Source: Candidatus Krumholzibacteriia bacterium (GTDB taxonomy: Bacteria > Krumholzibacteriota > Krumholzibacteriia > JAJRXK01). From it: DNA of 64,000 bases. The notes under the pieces were generated by a model. It was not told the DNA's origin, did no database searches, and worked only from the letters and a program-made list of their open reading frames with translations. Where the stretch lies: contig JBGPIA010000003.1 in NCBI GenBank assembly GCA_041484665.1, forward strand, positions 224,001 to 288,000. Direction: 5' to 3'. Below are positions 9,442 to 19,390 of the stretch, piece by piece (position 1 is the stretch's first letter; the number at the start of each line of letters is the position of its first letter). The position numbers were made by a program, and so were the translations under genes.

Positions 9442-11217
9442 TCAGGCCTCCGGGCGCGGCGGCCGGATCACCAGTGCCAGCTCATCGAGCTGGCGTTGGG
9501 TCAGGGGCGACGGAGCCCCGTCCAGCGGGTTGGTCGCGCGCTGGGTCTTGGGGAAGGCGATGACTTCGCGGATGCTCGCGCCCCCGACCAGCAGGGTGAC
9601 CAACCGGTCCAGGCCCAGCGCGATCCCACCGTGGGGCGGCGCCCCATATTCCAGCGCGCGCAGGAACCAACCGAATTTGCCCTCCGCCTCCTGCGGGCTC
9701 ATGCCGCAGGTGGCGAAGACCCGCTCCTGGATCTCGCGGCGATGGATGCGGATGCTGCCCGAGCCCAGCTCCACGCCGTTGCACACCAGGTCGTACAGCT
9801 GCGCGTAGACCCGCCCGGGATCCGACTCGAGGTGGGGCAGGTCCTCCGCCCGCGGCATGGTGAACATGTGGTGCATCGCCGCCCAGCCGCCGGTCTCGGA
9901 ATCGCGCTCGAAGAGCGGGAAGCGGCGGATCCATGCGAAGTGGAAGCTGCCCGCTGCTGTGTGCCCTTGGCGGCGCGCGATGGCCAACCGCAGCTGGCCC
10001 AGCGCGAGGTTGGCAGCCATGCGTTGGTCGGCCACGAGCAGCAGCAGATCCCCGTCGCGCGCGCCGGCGGCGTCGACCAGGGCGCGCAGCGCGTCCTTTG
10101 TGAAGAACTTCTGGCAGCTGCCACTGATCCCGTCGTGGGCCACCTTGAGCCAGACCAGCCCCTTGGCGCCCGCCGCCTTCGCGACGTCCTCGAGTTCGGA
10201 GATGTCCTTGCGCGAGAGCGACGCCAGCCCGTCGGCCACGACGCCCTTGACCACGCCACCGGACGCGAGCACCGAACGGAACACGCCGAACTCGCCGGCC
10301 GAGGCTTGCTCGGACAGGTCGAGCAACGGCAGACCGAAGCGCAGATCGGGCTTGTCCGAGCCGTAGGCGTCCATGGCATCGTCGTAGGTGATGCGCGGGA
10401 ACGGCGCGCTGGGGTCGATGCCGATCGTGCGCTGCAGCACGGCGGTCACCAGGCCCTCGACCAGCGCGAAGACGTCCTCCTCGTCGACGAAGCTCATCTC
10501 CAGGTCGATCTGCGTGTGCTCGGGCTGGCGGTCGGCGCGCAGGTCCTCGTCGCGCAGGCAGCGCGCGAGCTGGTAGTAGCGGTCGACGCCCGCGATCATG
10601 AGCGTCTGTTTGTAGAGTTGCGGGCTCTGCGGCAGCGCGTAGAACGAGCCGTGGTGGATCCGGCTGGGCACGACGTAGTCGCGGGCGCCCTCCGGTGTGG
10701 TCCGGATGAGCAGCGGCGTCTCCACCTCGAGGAAGTTGCTCTCCGAGAGGTAATCGCGCACCGCCTGGATGGTCTCGTGCCGCAAGCGCAGGTTGCGCTG
10801 CATGCGCGGCGAGCGCAGGTGCAGGTAGCGGAACCGCAGCCGCAGCTCCTCGTTGGCCTTGTCGGCCTCGTCGATCTGAAAGGGCAGTGCAGCGCAGCGC
10901 GAGAGCACGTGCAGCTCGCTGGCCTCCACCTCGATGGCGCCCGTGGCGAGGTTGGGATTGACCATATCCGGCGGGCGTGCGCGCACGACGCCGATGACCG
11001 CGACCACGTCCTCGGGCCGCAGCGTCTGGGCGGTCTCCACCAGCTCCGGCCTTTCCCCGAAGACAACCTGGGTCGTGCCGTAGCGATCGCGCAGGTCGAC
11101 GAACACCAGCCCGCCGTGGTCGCGGCGCGCGTCGACCCAGCCGTTGAGGATCACGCTATCGCCGACGCGGGCCAGTCCCAGGTCCCCGCAGGTGTCGGTG
11201 CGCTTGAGCCCCTTCAT
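9442..11217 (-). CDS. aspS: Aspartate--tRNA ligase (possibly non-discriminating)
   Basis: '[17 protein letters not shown]', 'TPEGARDY', '[12 protein letters not shown]', '[12 protein letters not shown]', '[14 protein letters not shown]'. The His in RRDHG is typical of non-discriminating AspRS. Confidence 0.97.
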   Translation of the reverse strand: MKGLKRTDTCGDLGLARVGDSVILNGWVDARRDHGGLVFVDLRDRYGTTQVVFGERPELVETAQTLRPEDVVAVIGVVRARPPDMVNPNLATGAIEVEASELHVLSRCAALPFQIDEADKANEELRLRFRYLHLRSPRMQRNLRLRHETIQAVRDYLSESNFLEVETPLLIRTTPEGARDYVVPSRIHHGSFYALPQSPQLYKQTLMIAGVDRYYQLARCLRDEDLRADRQPEHTQIDLEMSFVDEEDVFALVEGLVTAVLQRTIGIDPSAPFPRITYDDAMDAYGSDKPDLRFGLPLLDLSEQASAGEFGVFRSVLASGGVVKGVVADGLASLSRKDISELEDVAKAAGAKGLVWLKVAHDGISGSCQKFFTKDALRALVDAAGARDGDLLLLVADQRMAANLALGQLRLAIARRQGHTAAGSFHFAWIRRFPLFERDSETGGWAAMHHMFTMPRAEDLPHLESDPGRVYAQLYDLVCNGVELGSGSIRIHRREIQERVFATCGMSPQEAEGKFGWFLRALEYGAPPHGGIALGLDRLVTLLVGGASIREVIAFPKTQRATNPLDGAPSPLTQRQLDELALVIRPPRPEA

Positions 11218-11690
11218 ACACTCTCCCCGGAGTCGCCGCCGCCCAGCTGGATGCCGTCGGCGTCCCTCGGGGCCGCCCTCGAATGTCCGTCCCCGCCCGC
11301 GCCGCGCGCCGACCGCAAGGCGAGGTAATAGATGCCGGCCGCAGTCACGCCCAGCGCGATGCCGATCACGTCGGCGACCCAGTCGCGGGCGGAGCACTCG
11401 CGCCCCGGGATGAGCCGCTGCCAAGACTCGTCGGCGGCCCCCAACCCAGCGCCCATCAACGTGGACAAGGTGAGCGCACGCGGCGGGCGCACCCGCACGC
11501 CCAGGAGCCAGCGACAGGTGAGGAAGCCCATCACCGAGTACTCGGAGGCGTGCGCGATCTTGTCCTGAACGGAAAAGCCGACCAAGGCGAGGGTCGGTCC
11601 CGGGATCGACGAGACTGCCAGAATGGCCGCGATCCACACGACCAGCGGCAGCCAATACTGTATGCTGGGGTCCGGGTCCCGGGTTGTCAA
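11214..11690 (-). CDS. VanZ family membrane protein
   Basis: 'DKIAHASEY', '[11 protein letters not shown]', 'DWVAD'. Confidence 0.88.
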   Translation of the reverse strand: MTTRDPDPSIQYWLPLVVWIAAILAVSSIPGPTLALVGFSVQDKIAHASEYSVMGFLTCRWLLGVRVRPPRALTLSTLMGAGLGAADESWQRLIPGRECSARDWVADVIGIALGVTAAGIYYLALRSARGAGGDGHSRAAPRDADGIQLGGGDSGESV

Positions 11691-11769
11691 TGCGTGGTCC
11701 CTTTCCGGTTGCGGCCGGGCGCGTGAGCGTTGCGCGCCAGGGCGGCGGCGCGCGGCGCACGGCGCGGCG

Positions 11770-12633
11770 TCATGGGTGCAGGCTGGGCAGGATCACGTCG
11801 GGCGCGAAACCTTCGATCCCCAGGGCTTGCAGGGCCTCGATCACCATGGCCACCCGTTGGTTGTGAGGGTCGAAACGAAACCGGTCGAGGTTGAGCGCCG
11901 CGTCGCGGGCTACGCGCCGCGCTTTCGCCGGAAGAGAGGCGCACGCGACCAAAGCGAAGTCGTTGCCCGCCTCCCCCGCTGCAATCGACTCGAAGCGCGC
12001 CGGGTCGAGCAGGCCGGCCGCCGCCGCTGCGCGCACGTCCGCCTCCGCGGCAACCGCCACGTCGTAGGCCCCATGGATCAAGGCGTGAATCGCCTCGCTA
12101 TGGTCGTATGGGTTGGCTGCGTACGCCACCAGGCCGAAGTCCTCGGGCAGCCGGAAGCCGCGCTTCAGGAAGTAGGCGCGCGCCCCCTCTCCGCCCGCCC
12201 AGGTCAGGCGATCGCCGAGAATCACCCGTGGCGAGGGGACGGTGTTCCACGGGCGGTCGCGCGGAAAGATTACGAACGGCCGGCAGCTCGCCCCCGACGG
12301 ACGACAGCGGTTGGCCCACGCCAGCACCTCCGCCGAGGGCCAGGCGGAGACGAGCTGCGTCGGCAAAAGCGCCAGGTCGTACGCCTCGGGATGGGAGCGC
12401 AGCTGCTCGTCGGAGGTCACCTCGACGCCCACCACACGGCGCAGGGCGCTCCCCAGGTACTCTGCAAGCGGGGCGACCGCGCGAGCGGTGCGCTCCTGGC
12501 CAGGGCCGACGAGCACACCCAGCCGCAGAGTGCCCGAGGGCGGCGCCGCAGCGATGGGCAGCAGCGTCGACACGGCCGTCCCCACCACCAGGGCGGCGAT
12601 CACCCAGGTCGCCTTCCCGCTCCACTCCCTCAT
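11770..12633 (-). CDS. Phosphate/phosphite/phosphonate-type (PhnD-like) substrate-binding protein
   Basis: Signal peptide, 'PLAEYLGSAL', 'HSEAIHALIHGAYDVAV'. Start ATG 12633 overlaps the upstream stop. Confidence 0.6.
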   Translation of the reverse strand: MREWSGKATWVIAALVVGTAVSTLLPIAAAPPSGTLRLGVLVGPGQERTARAVAPLAEYLGSALRRVVGVEVTSDEQLRSHPEAYDLALLPTQLVSAWPSAEVLAWANRCRPSGASCRPFVIFPRDRPWNTVPSPRVILGDRLTWAGGEGARAYFLKRGFRLPEDFGLVAYAANPYDHSEAIHALIHGAYDVAVAAEADVRAAAAAGLLDPARFESIAAGEAGNDFALVACASLPAKARRVARDAALNLDRFRFDPHNQRVAMVIEALQALGIEGFAPDVILPSLHP

Positions 12634-13358
12634 GGCCGCTGCCGCGGGGCGTCGCTGCGCCCTGGCTCCCCGGGTCCGCGCGCCAGTTCCAGCGGCACGG
12701 GGGTGGAGGTCGCCCCCAGCGCGGGATCGGCCGCCAGCGTGACCTCCACCTCGACGGGTAACAGCAGCACGTCGGGATCTGGCTTGAGCAGCGCGCAGAG
12801 TCGGCGCACCGGGCGGCGGCGCCGTACCACCTCCAGCGGCACAGTGTCCACGTGGTCGAGCGCGAGCACGATCGGCTCGGGGCCGCACACCTGCACTTCG
12901 GCGGGCACGATCTCCGGAGCGCCCGGCAGCCCATTGGAGGGCGGCGGCTGGCCTTCGACCGCAACGCGCACGGGCAGCGTGCGGCACAGGCGGCGGTAGA
13001 GCTCGACGCGCAGCGACACGGGCGGGACGATCTCCAGGGGCTGGCCCGTCACCTGCGCGTCGAGCGCCGAGATCACATGGCGGTACGCGCCAGCGCGCGT
13101 GCCCGCCAGATCCACGCGAACGTAGCCGCGCTCGCGCAGCGCCAGGTCCTCGACCAAGAGCTGGAGCCGGCTGCCGCGGACGCGCACGCCGACGCGCCGG
13201 GGGAAGTCCCGCTGGTGGAACGCGAGGGAGTCGGGGAGCCCGACCATGCGCACGGGGAGCTGCAGCACCTCGTCGACCTGGCGATGACTGGCCACGTGCA
13301 CCCAGAGCACGAGCGCCACGAGCAGGCAGACGAGCTTGACGCCCAGGTTGTTCAGCAC
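12630..13358 (-). CDS. YbbR/CdaR-like protein
   Basis: 'NNLGVKLVCLLVALVLWVHV' N-terminal anchor followed by YbbR-like beta repeats ('VRVRGS', 'PAEVQVCGP'). Start approximate. Confidence 0.8.
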   Translation of the reverse strand: MLNNLGVKLVCLLVALVLWVHVASHRQVDEVLQLPVRMVGLPDSLAFHQRDFPRRVGVRVRGSRLQLLVEDLALRERGYVRVDLAGTRAGAYRHVISALDAQVTGQPLEIVPPVSLRVELYRRLCRTLPVRVAVEGQPPPSNGLPGAPEIVPAEVQVCGPEPIVLALDHVDTVPLEVVRRRRPVRRLCALLKPDPDVLLLPVEVEVTLAADPALGATSTPVPLELARGPGEPGRSDAPRQRP

Positions 13359-13398
13359 GCTCTCGCTCCAGATCGGCGACCGCTGCGGCGGGTCCGGG

Positions 13399-14679
13399 TC
13401 AGGGCACGACCAGCCGCTGCCCCACGCGCAGCTGCGTCGTGCGCAGGTCGTTCGCGCTGCGCAGCGCAGTGACCGAGGTGTGGTAGGTGCGTGCCAGCGT
13501 CCACAGCGTCTCGCCGCTGCGCACCGTGTGCGTCTGCGCGGCCAGCGCGCGCACCGGCGTCTTCTTCTCACCGTACTGCTGGAGGTACTGCGCGACGGCG
13601 TGGGCGAGGGCCGCCCCCATCTCGCTCTGCCCCTGGGCGCTCCGCAGGTGGCGCGCCTCCTGCGGATTGCTCAAGAACCCCGCCTCGACCAAGATGGACG
13701 GCATTGCGAGCGTGCGCAGTACCGCGAAGCTAGCTTGCTTCACCGAGCGGCCGGCGACGTGTCCCTCACGCTCGATCTCGCCGAGGGCCAGCCCGGCCAG
13801 CAGCTCGCTGTTGCGCAGGATGGCAGATCCCCGCAGGTCCATCAGGATCGACATCAGGTCTGAGTCGTTGGACTGCCCCTCGTCGATCCCGACGAGCATC
13901 GCCGCGTTCTCGCGGTCGGCCAGCTCCGAGGCCGCCTGGTCGGTCGCGCCGCGCGGGCTGAGGAAGAACACCTCCGCGCCCTGCGCCCGCCGGGACTGGG
14001 CGCTGTTGGCGTGGATGCACACGAACAGGTCGCCGCGGCTTCGCCGCGCGATGGCGACGCGCTCGCCCAGTGCGACGAAGCGGTCATCGCCGCGGGTGAG
14101 CACCACGCGCAGGCCATCGTAGAGCGCCAGCGAAGCGGCCGCCTGCTTGGCGATCCCCAACGCCACGTCCTTCTCGATCGCAATCCCGCACCCTCGCGTG
14201 CCCGGATCCCTGCCCCCGTGGCCAGCGTCGATCACGACCACGTAGGCCTCCCCCTGCTCCCGCGGCGCGAGCGGGTCGGCCGCCTGGGGGACCGGCTGCA
14301 GGACGTCCACCACCACGCGGAATGGATGGTCCGGCCCGGCCGGTAGGGCGAAGGCGCGGTACTCGTGCCGGGCCGTCAGGTCCAGCACGACTTGCGCGCG
14401 CGCGGGGAGGTTGTTCAGCCGGATGCGGCGGATCCGCCCGTCGCCGAGCTGACGGGGTGCCTCCGGCTGCAGGTCACAGCCGAGCACCTCGATGATGAGG
14501 CGCTCGGGATTGCCCGCGGCACGGACTTCGTAGCCGGCGGAGACGTTGAGGTCGATTACGACGCGCGTGCGCTCGGGGTCGCTGTGGTGGCGCACGCCGA
14601 GCACACGCGCGGCCTGACCCGAGGCGGAGGAGGCCCCGGCCGCGACGAGCGCGAGAGCTGTCAGGAGTCGACCGATCAT
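13399..14679 (-). CDS. N-acetylmuramoyl-L-alanine amidase (AMIN + Amidase_3 + LysM)
   Basis: 'VVIDAGHGGRDPG', 'EKDVAL', 'CIHANS', 'SILVEAGFLSN', and C-terminal LysM 'HTVRSGETLWTLA'. Confidence 0.95.
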   Translation of the reverse strand: MIGRLLTALALVAAGASSASGQAARVLGVRHHSDPERTRVVIDLNVSAGYEVRAAGNPERLIIEVLGCDLQPEAPRQLGDGRIRRIRLNNLPARAQVVLDLTARHEYRAFALPAGPDHPFRVVVDVLQPVPQAADPLAPREQGEAYVVVIDAGHGGRDPGTRGCGIAIEKDVALGIAKQAAASLALYDGLRVVLTRGDDRFVALGERVAIARRSRGDLFVCIHANSAQSRRAQGAEVFFLSPRGATDQAASELADRENAAMLVGIDEGQSNDSDLMSILMDLRGSAILRNSELLAGLALGEIEREGHVAGRSVKQASFAVLRTLAMPSILVEAGFLSNPQEARHLRSAQGQSEMGAALAHAVAQYLQQYGEKKTPVRALAAQTHTVRSGETLWTLARTYHTSVTALRSANDLRTTQLRVGQRLVVP

Positions 14680-14708
14680 GTCCAGACCCGCGGATTGGGG
14701 ACGGCCGC

Positions 14709-14737
14709 AGGCTAGGAGCGGTCCCGCGCCCTGTCAA
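14709..14737 (-). promoter_or_regulatory. Sigma70 promoter of the amidase operon
   Basis: TTGACA-N17-TAGCCT, 30 nt before the ATG. Confidence 0.72.
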
Positions 14738-14801
14738 CGGGCGCAAGCGCGCGGGGGAGAACGGGGGGGCGCGGAGCGGTGCGCCGGCTTGGACTGTGCG
14801 C

Positions 14802-15719
14802 CTATCCCTCGGGCACGATGAAGGCCCAGGGGTTCGCCGACTCGCCGTTGCGCAGGATCTCGTAGTGGAGGTGCGGCGCCGTGCTGCGCCCGCTGCTGCC
14901 GACCTTGCCCAGCAAGTCGCCGCGGCGCACCGTATCGCCCTTCTTCACCGTCATGCCGCTGAGATGCCCGTAGCGCGAAGTCAGCCCGTTGCCGTGATCG
15001 ACCTCCACGACCCAGCCCAGCGTGCCGTACCAGGCCGCGCGGGTGACGCGACCGTTGGCCGTAGCGTAGACACTAGTGCCAAAGGGCGCGGAGAAGTCGA
15101 TCCCGGCGTGGAAGGCTGGCTGCCCGGTGAAGGGGTCGATGCGTCGCCCGAAGCCGCTGGTGAGGAAGCCGCGGGTGACGGGCCGGATGCTGGGCGTGCA
15201 GTCGCGCAGGTACTGGCTCTCCTGCAGCGCGAACAGCACCTTCTCGAAGCCCTGGCTCTGCAACTGCGCCTGCCGGATCAGCTTGTCGGTCTCATCCTGC
15301 AGGCTGATCAGGCGGTCCCGGGTCAGTGGACTGAGCGTGGCCAGCGCGGAGTCCGGCCCGGCCTGGTATCCACCGACACCAACCTGCACGAGGGTGGAGT
15401 CCAGGGGCGGTAGTCCAGCGACCATGTTCGCCCGGTCGAGGAGCTCGAAGTTGCGACCCATCTGAGTCTGGAACTGCGAGACCTTGGTCTCGAGCTGACC
15501 CACCTTGGCCTGGAGCGCCTGGTTCTGCCGCAGCAGCTGCTGGGTCTCGTAGAGATTGATCCCATGCCGGACGAACCCCAGGCTGAACAGCGAGAGGACC
15601 AGCCCCACCAGCCCGGCGACGCCGCCGGCCACTCCCACCATGCGCTTGCTGACGTGCAGAGTGCGCACACCGCCGTGCCGGGAGGGCACGTACAGGAAGG
15701 TCCAGTGGCCGCGTTTCAC
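14802..15719 (-). CDS. M23 family metallo-endopeptidase
   Basis: TM helix, coiled coil, 'PSIRPV', 'HAGIDF', 'YGHLS', 'STAPHLHYE'. Start taken at GTG 15719. Confidence 0.93.
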   Translation of the reverse strand: MKRGHWTFLYVPSRHGGVRTLHVSKRMVGVAGGVAGLVGLVLSLFSLGFVRHGINLYETQQLLRQNQALQAKVGQLETKVSQFQTQMGRNFELLDRANMVAGLPPLDSTLVQVGVGGYQAGPDSALATLSPLTRDRLISLQDETDKLIRQAQLQSQGFEKVLFALQESQYLRDCTPSIRPVTRGFLTSGFGRRIDPFTGQPAFHAGIDFSAPFGTSVYATANGRVTRAAWYGTLGWVVEVDHGNGLTSRYGHLSGMTVKKGDTVRRGDLLGKVGSSGRSTAPHLHYEILRNGESANPWAFIVPEG

Positions 15720-15844
15720 GTGTCCAGACCCCAGTCCTGGATTGAAGGCCGACGTCGAAGCCGCGGTCCGGGGGCGACCGTTCCAGCGCCGCGCGGGGGG
15801 CGCCGCCGCGATCGCTTTGGGGTGGGGCACCCAAGCGGTCCCGG

Positions 15845-15873
15845 ACGCTAGGCCATGCCCGCAAGGGTGTCAA
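15845..15873 (-). promoter_or_regulatory. Sigma70 promoter of the M23 peptidase
   Basis: TTGACA-N17-TAGCGT. Confidence 0.68.
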
Positions 15874-15942
15874 GCCCGCGATGGCCCCGCGCACCAGGAG
15901 GTCAGCAAGAGGCGTTCCACGGACGGTGATCGTGTAAGTGAC

Positions 15943-15969
15943 GGGCCCGTGGGGGGTTCCCACGGGCCC
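15943..15969. terminator. GC-rich hairpin downstream of the sigma factor gene (possible terminator)
   Basis: 11-bp perfect stem gggcccgtggg/cccacgggccc; no clear U-tract. Confidence 0.4.
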
Positions 15970-16105
15970 CGACCGGGTTCGCCTCGTTGGGCGAGGCAAT
16001 TCCACAACCACGTGCGCCGACCCTGCAGCTCTTGCCGGGTCGCGGGGGCCACGCCCGGCCCAGCTCGCCAGGCGGTGCCGGCGGACAGAGGCCTGCCCCC
16101 GGGGC

Positions 16106-16978
16106 TCAGGCCTCGTCGTAGTGATCGCGCAGGAGTGCGATCTCCGTGTGGGCCCGCAACCGTGCGAGCGCCCGCTCCTTGAGCTGGCGGATCCGCTCGC
16201 GGGTCAAGCCCAGACGGATGCCGATCTCCTCCAACGTCAGCGGCTCCAGCCGCCCCATGCCGAAGTACAGGCGGAGGATCTCCGCCTCCCGGCCCGGGAG
16301 CCGGTCGAGCACGCGCTCGATGTCCTCCCGTCGGGTGCGCTCCAGGACAGGGTTCTCCGGGCCGCGCTGCGGATCGTCCTGCAGCGTGTCCAGGATCGAG
16401 CGTCCGTCCTCGTCCGGGAGCAGGTCGTCGAGGTGGATCTCAGGCTGCCCGACCTGGAGGGCCTCCCGCACCTCCGCGAGCGGGATCCCGGCGGCGCGGG
16501 AGATCTCCGCGGGGGACGGTTGGGTCCCGCCGCTCTGCTGAAGGCGATTGCGGGTACGGAAGACCTTGGTGAGGACCGCGCTGCGGTTCTGCGGGAGCCG
16601 CACGGTGCGCGACTGGTCCGCGATGGCCTGCAGGATGGCCTGGCGGATCCACCAGACTGCGTAGCTGATGAACTTGAAGCCGCGCTGCTCATCGAAGCGG
16701 CGGCCGGCCTTCATCAGCCCGATGTTGCCCTCGTTGATCAGGTCCTGCAGGCTGAGGCCCTGCCCGATGTAGTGCTTGGCGACCGTCACGACGAACCGGA
16801 GGTTCGCACGCACGAGATCGTGGAGCGCCTCGTCGTCGCCCTGGCGGATGCGTTGGGCGAGCAGAACCTCCTGCTCGCGCTTCAGGAGTGGATACCGCCC
16901 GATCTCCCGGAGATAGCTCTCGAGGCTGCGTTCATGACGGCCTTCCAGAAGCTCCCGGCGACGGATCATGGCCAGCAT
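16106..16978 (-). CDS. RNA polymerase sigma-70 factor, RpoD/SigA family, short form lacking region 1.1
   Basis: 'YLREIGRYPLL', 'ANLRFVVTVAK', 'DLINEGNIGLM', 'FKFISYAVWWIRQ', 'TLEEIG...LTRERIRQ'. Confidence 0.93.
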   Translation of the reverse strand: MLAMIRRRELLEGRHERSLESYLREIGRYPLLKREQEVLLAQRIRQGDDEALHDLVRANLRFVVTVAKHYIGQGLSLQDLINEGNIGLMKAGRRFDEQRGFKFISYAVWWIRQAILQAIADQSRTVRLPQNRSAVLTKVFRTRNRLQQSGGTQPSPAEISRAAGIPLAEVREALQVGQPEIHLDDLLPDEDGRSILDTLQDDPQRGPENPVLERTRREDIERVLDRLPGREAEILRLYFGMGRLEPLTLEEIGIRLGLTRERIRQLKERALARLRAHTEIALLRDHYDEA

Positions 16979-17173
16979 TCCTTCTTTGGGGTCGAGATCC
17001 CGGCTACCGGCTAGCCGGTTGGGAAGTTCACCATCACCTCCTTCGCGCGGCGCGTGGCGCTGGGTGCGCCGCGTCCGCTGCAGTTGCCGCGGCGCGTTGG
17101 CGAGCGCGCCGCGTGGCTGCGGGAATCTGCGTTCGCCGTGCCGCGGGCGTCGCGCGACGCCGCAGCCGGCCGC

Positions 17174-18781
17174 TCAGTGCGCCGACTCGTCCTTGCGACC
17201 CTGTCCAGGGTCGACCGTCACGTAGCTCGTCAAGTCACCGCGGCGGATCATGAGCGTCACGGGATCGTGTGCGTCCCGCAAGCGATCCACCGCCGCGAGA
17301 TACTCGTCGATCCCAGCGATCTCCATGTCGCCGATCTCCACGATCACATCGCCCGGCCGCAGCCGCGCGGCGTCGGCGGGGCTGCCGGGCCCCACGTCGG
17401 TGACGAGCGCGCCGGTGCTCTGCTTGATGTCGAACCGCTCCTTGAGCTCCTGCACGCGGGGGCTGTGGGGGTCGTTCAGGCCGTGTACGGCCATCCCCAG
17501 CCAGCGCTCCGCGGCCGGCACGGGCAGATTCGCCGCTGCCGCCGCGAGCTGCTCCTCTGGATACTCGATCAGCGTGACGTCGATCTGGCGCTCCTTGGCC
17601 TCGCGCAGGATCTTCAGCGCGGCCTTCGATCCCACATCGGCATCGGCCACGCGGAATTGGAGGTCGCGGCTGCTGCCCACGGGGATCCCGTTGAACTGCA
17701 GGATGAGGTCCCCCTCCTTGAGCCCGGCGGTCGCAGCCGGCGTGTCGGGCGCCACCTCCTGGACCAGGACGCCGTGCGCGCGGTCGATCTTGTAGGTGCG
17801 GGCCAGCTCGGGCGTGAGGTTGGTCATGACCACGCCCAGGTAGCCGCGCACGACGTGGCCGTGCTGCACCAGGTCGCGGTAGACGCGGCTGGCAAGGTTG
17901 ATGGGGATGGCGAAGCCGATCCCCTGGGCTGAGGCGTTGATAGCCGTGTTGACTCCCACGACCTCGCCGCGGATGTTGAGCAACGGACCCCCGCTGTTGC
18001 CGGGATTGATCGCGGCATCGGTCTGCAGGAAGTCCTGGTAGCGCGGGGCCGCGCCCTGGATGGGCAGGTCGAAGCGGCCCTTGGCGCTCAGCACGCCGAC
18101 GGTAAGGCTCCCCTCCAGGCGGCCCAGCGGATTGCCGATAGCGATGGCCCAGTCGCCGACCTCCATCTTCTCGCTGTCGCCGAACTTCAGGAACGGAAGC
18201 CCCTTGCCCGACTCGATCTTGACGACCGCGACATCGGTGCTGGGGTCCTGGCCCACCACGCGAGCCTTGAAGTACTCCTCGTTGCCCGGGAGCTTGACCT
18301 CGATCTCGTCCACGTCGGCCACGACGTGGTTATTGGTCAGGACGTATCCGTCGGCGCTCACCAGGAAGCCGCTACCCGCCCCGGGCAGGTCGAACTCGCG
18401 CTCCATGAACTCCCGGTCACGCGGGAAGAACTGCCGGAACATCTCCTCCAGCGGATTCTCCTGGAGCATCTCGCCGTGCGTGGCGGTTTTGCGCGTGCGG
18501 ATCGCCACCACCGCGGGCATCACGGCGTCGGCGACCTTCGCGAATGGGCTGTGGAGTTCGGCATCGGCCAGCGCGGCGTAACGGCCTGCCGACGATTGCG
18601 CGGCGGCTCGGCCGGCGCCCACAGCCAACAGCGCGCACGCGACCGCGATCAGGGCCACGCCCCGGGAAACGCCGCAACCGCACCCAGCGAGGATTCTCGC
18701 GCGGAAGCGACACAGCGGGGCGCCTACCGCAGGTGCACCGCGACGCAATGAAGAGACACATGCACGACGCCCGTGGTCCAT
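17174..18781 (-). CDS. degP: HtrA/DegP (Do) serine protease with two PDZ domains
   Basis: 'GSGFLV', 'TNNHV', 'QTDAAINPGNSGGPL'; RBS ggagggag before ATG 18781. Confidence 0.93.
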   Translation of the reverse strand: MDHGRRACVSSLRRGAPAVGAPLCRFRARILAGCGCGVSRGVALIAVACALLAVGAGRAAAQSSAGRYAALADAELHSPFAKVADAVMPAVVAIRTRKTATHGEMLQENPLEEMFRQFFPRDREFMEREFDLPGAGSGFLVSADGYVLTNNHVVADVDEIEVKLPGNEEYFKARVVGQDPSTDVAVVKIESGKGLPFLKFGDSEKMEVGDWAIAIGNPLGRLEGSLTVGVLSAKGRFDLPIQGAAPRYQDFLQTDAAINPGNSGGPLLNIRGEVVGVNTAINASAQGIGFAIPINLASRVYRDLVQHGHVVRGYLGVVMTNLTPELARTYKIDRAHGVLVQEVAPDTPAATAGLKEGDLILQFNGIPVGSSRDLQFRVADADVGSKAALKILREAKERQIDVTLIEYPEEQLAAAAANLPVPAAERWLGMAVHGLNDPHSPRVQELKERFDIKQSTGALVTDVGPGSPADAARLRPGDVIVEIGDMEIAGIDEYLAAVDRLRDAHDPVTLMIRRGDLTSYVTVDPGQGRKDESAH

Positions 18782-18892
18782 GCTCTCCCTCCGCTCGCAC
18801 CGGTGGCGCAAACGGTTGGCGGCGTCGTGTCGCGATCGTCCCGCGCGGCGGGAAGGGGTGGGACCCTTCGGCGAGAAGCACCGCGCGTTATT

Positions 18893-18921
18893 AGTGTAAC
18901 CCGATGTGGTGGAAGCGTCAA
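18893..18921 (-). promoter_or_regulatory. Sigma70 promoter of degP
   Basis: TTGACG-N17-TACACT. Confidence 0.7.
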
Positions 18922-19253
18922 CGCTCCGGCCGCTGCGGCCCGTTGCCGGTCTCCCCGGCGCGGCGGCGGATGTCCCGGATCTCGTCATCCTTGGCCTCCC
19001 GCTCCGCCTCAAGGGCCTTCAGGCGCTCGACGAGGCGCTGCACGGTGGGATCGGTGGCCACGAGCTCTCCTTCTCCGGCGCGGACCAGGCGGTAGACCTC
19101 CCGCCCCAGGTCCTCGTAGTGGTGTTGGAGATCCCGCGCGATCGTAAAGCGGTCGTAGCGCTTGACGCCGACACGCGCCATCTCCTCGGTGCGCTCCGCG
19201 GCGAGCGTGTACAGCTCGAAAAAGGTCGATTTGACGTCGTTCCACCGCGACAC
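18918..19253 (-). CDS. Hypothetical coiled-coil protein
   Basis: Protein-like composition (SRWNDVKSTFFELYTLAAERTEEM...); RBS aaggaggg upstream of GTG 19253. Confidence 0.7.
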   Translation of the reverse strand: MSRWNDVKSTFFELYTLAAERTEEMARVGVKRYDRFTIARDLQHHYEDLGREVYRLVRAGEGELVATDPTVQRLVERLKALEAEREAKDDEIRDIRRRAGETGNGPQRPER

Positions 19254-19390
19254 GGGGATCCACCCTCCTTGCGCCACCCGCGCCCCATCCGGCCCGGGTC
19301 CGAGCGTGGCGCGCCTGGGACCTTTGGGCTACCCTGGCCGGGGCCTCCCCGGCCCGCCGCCACCCGAGTCCGAACAGGATATTCCACCCG

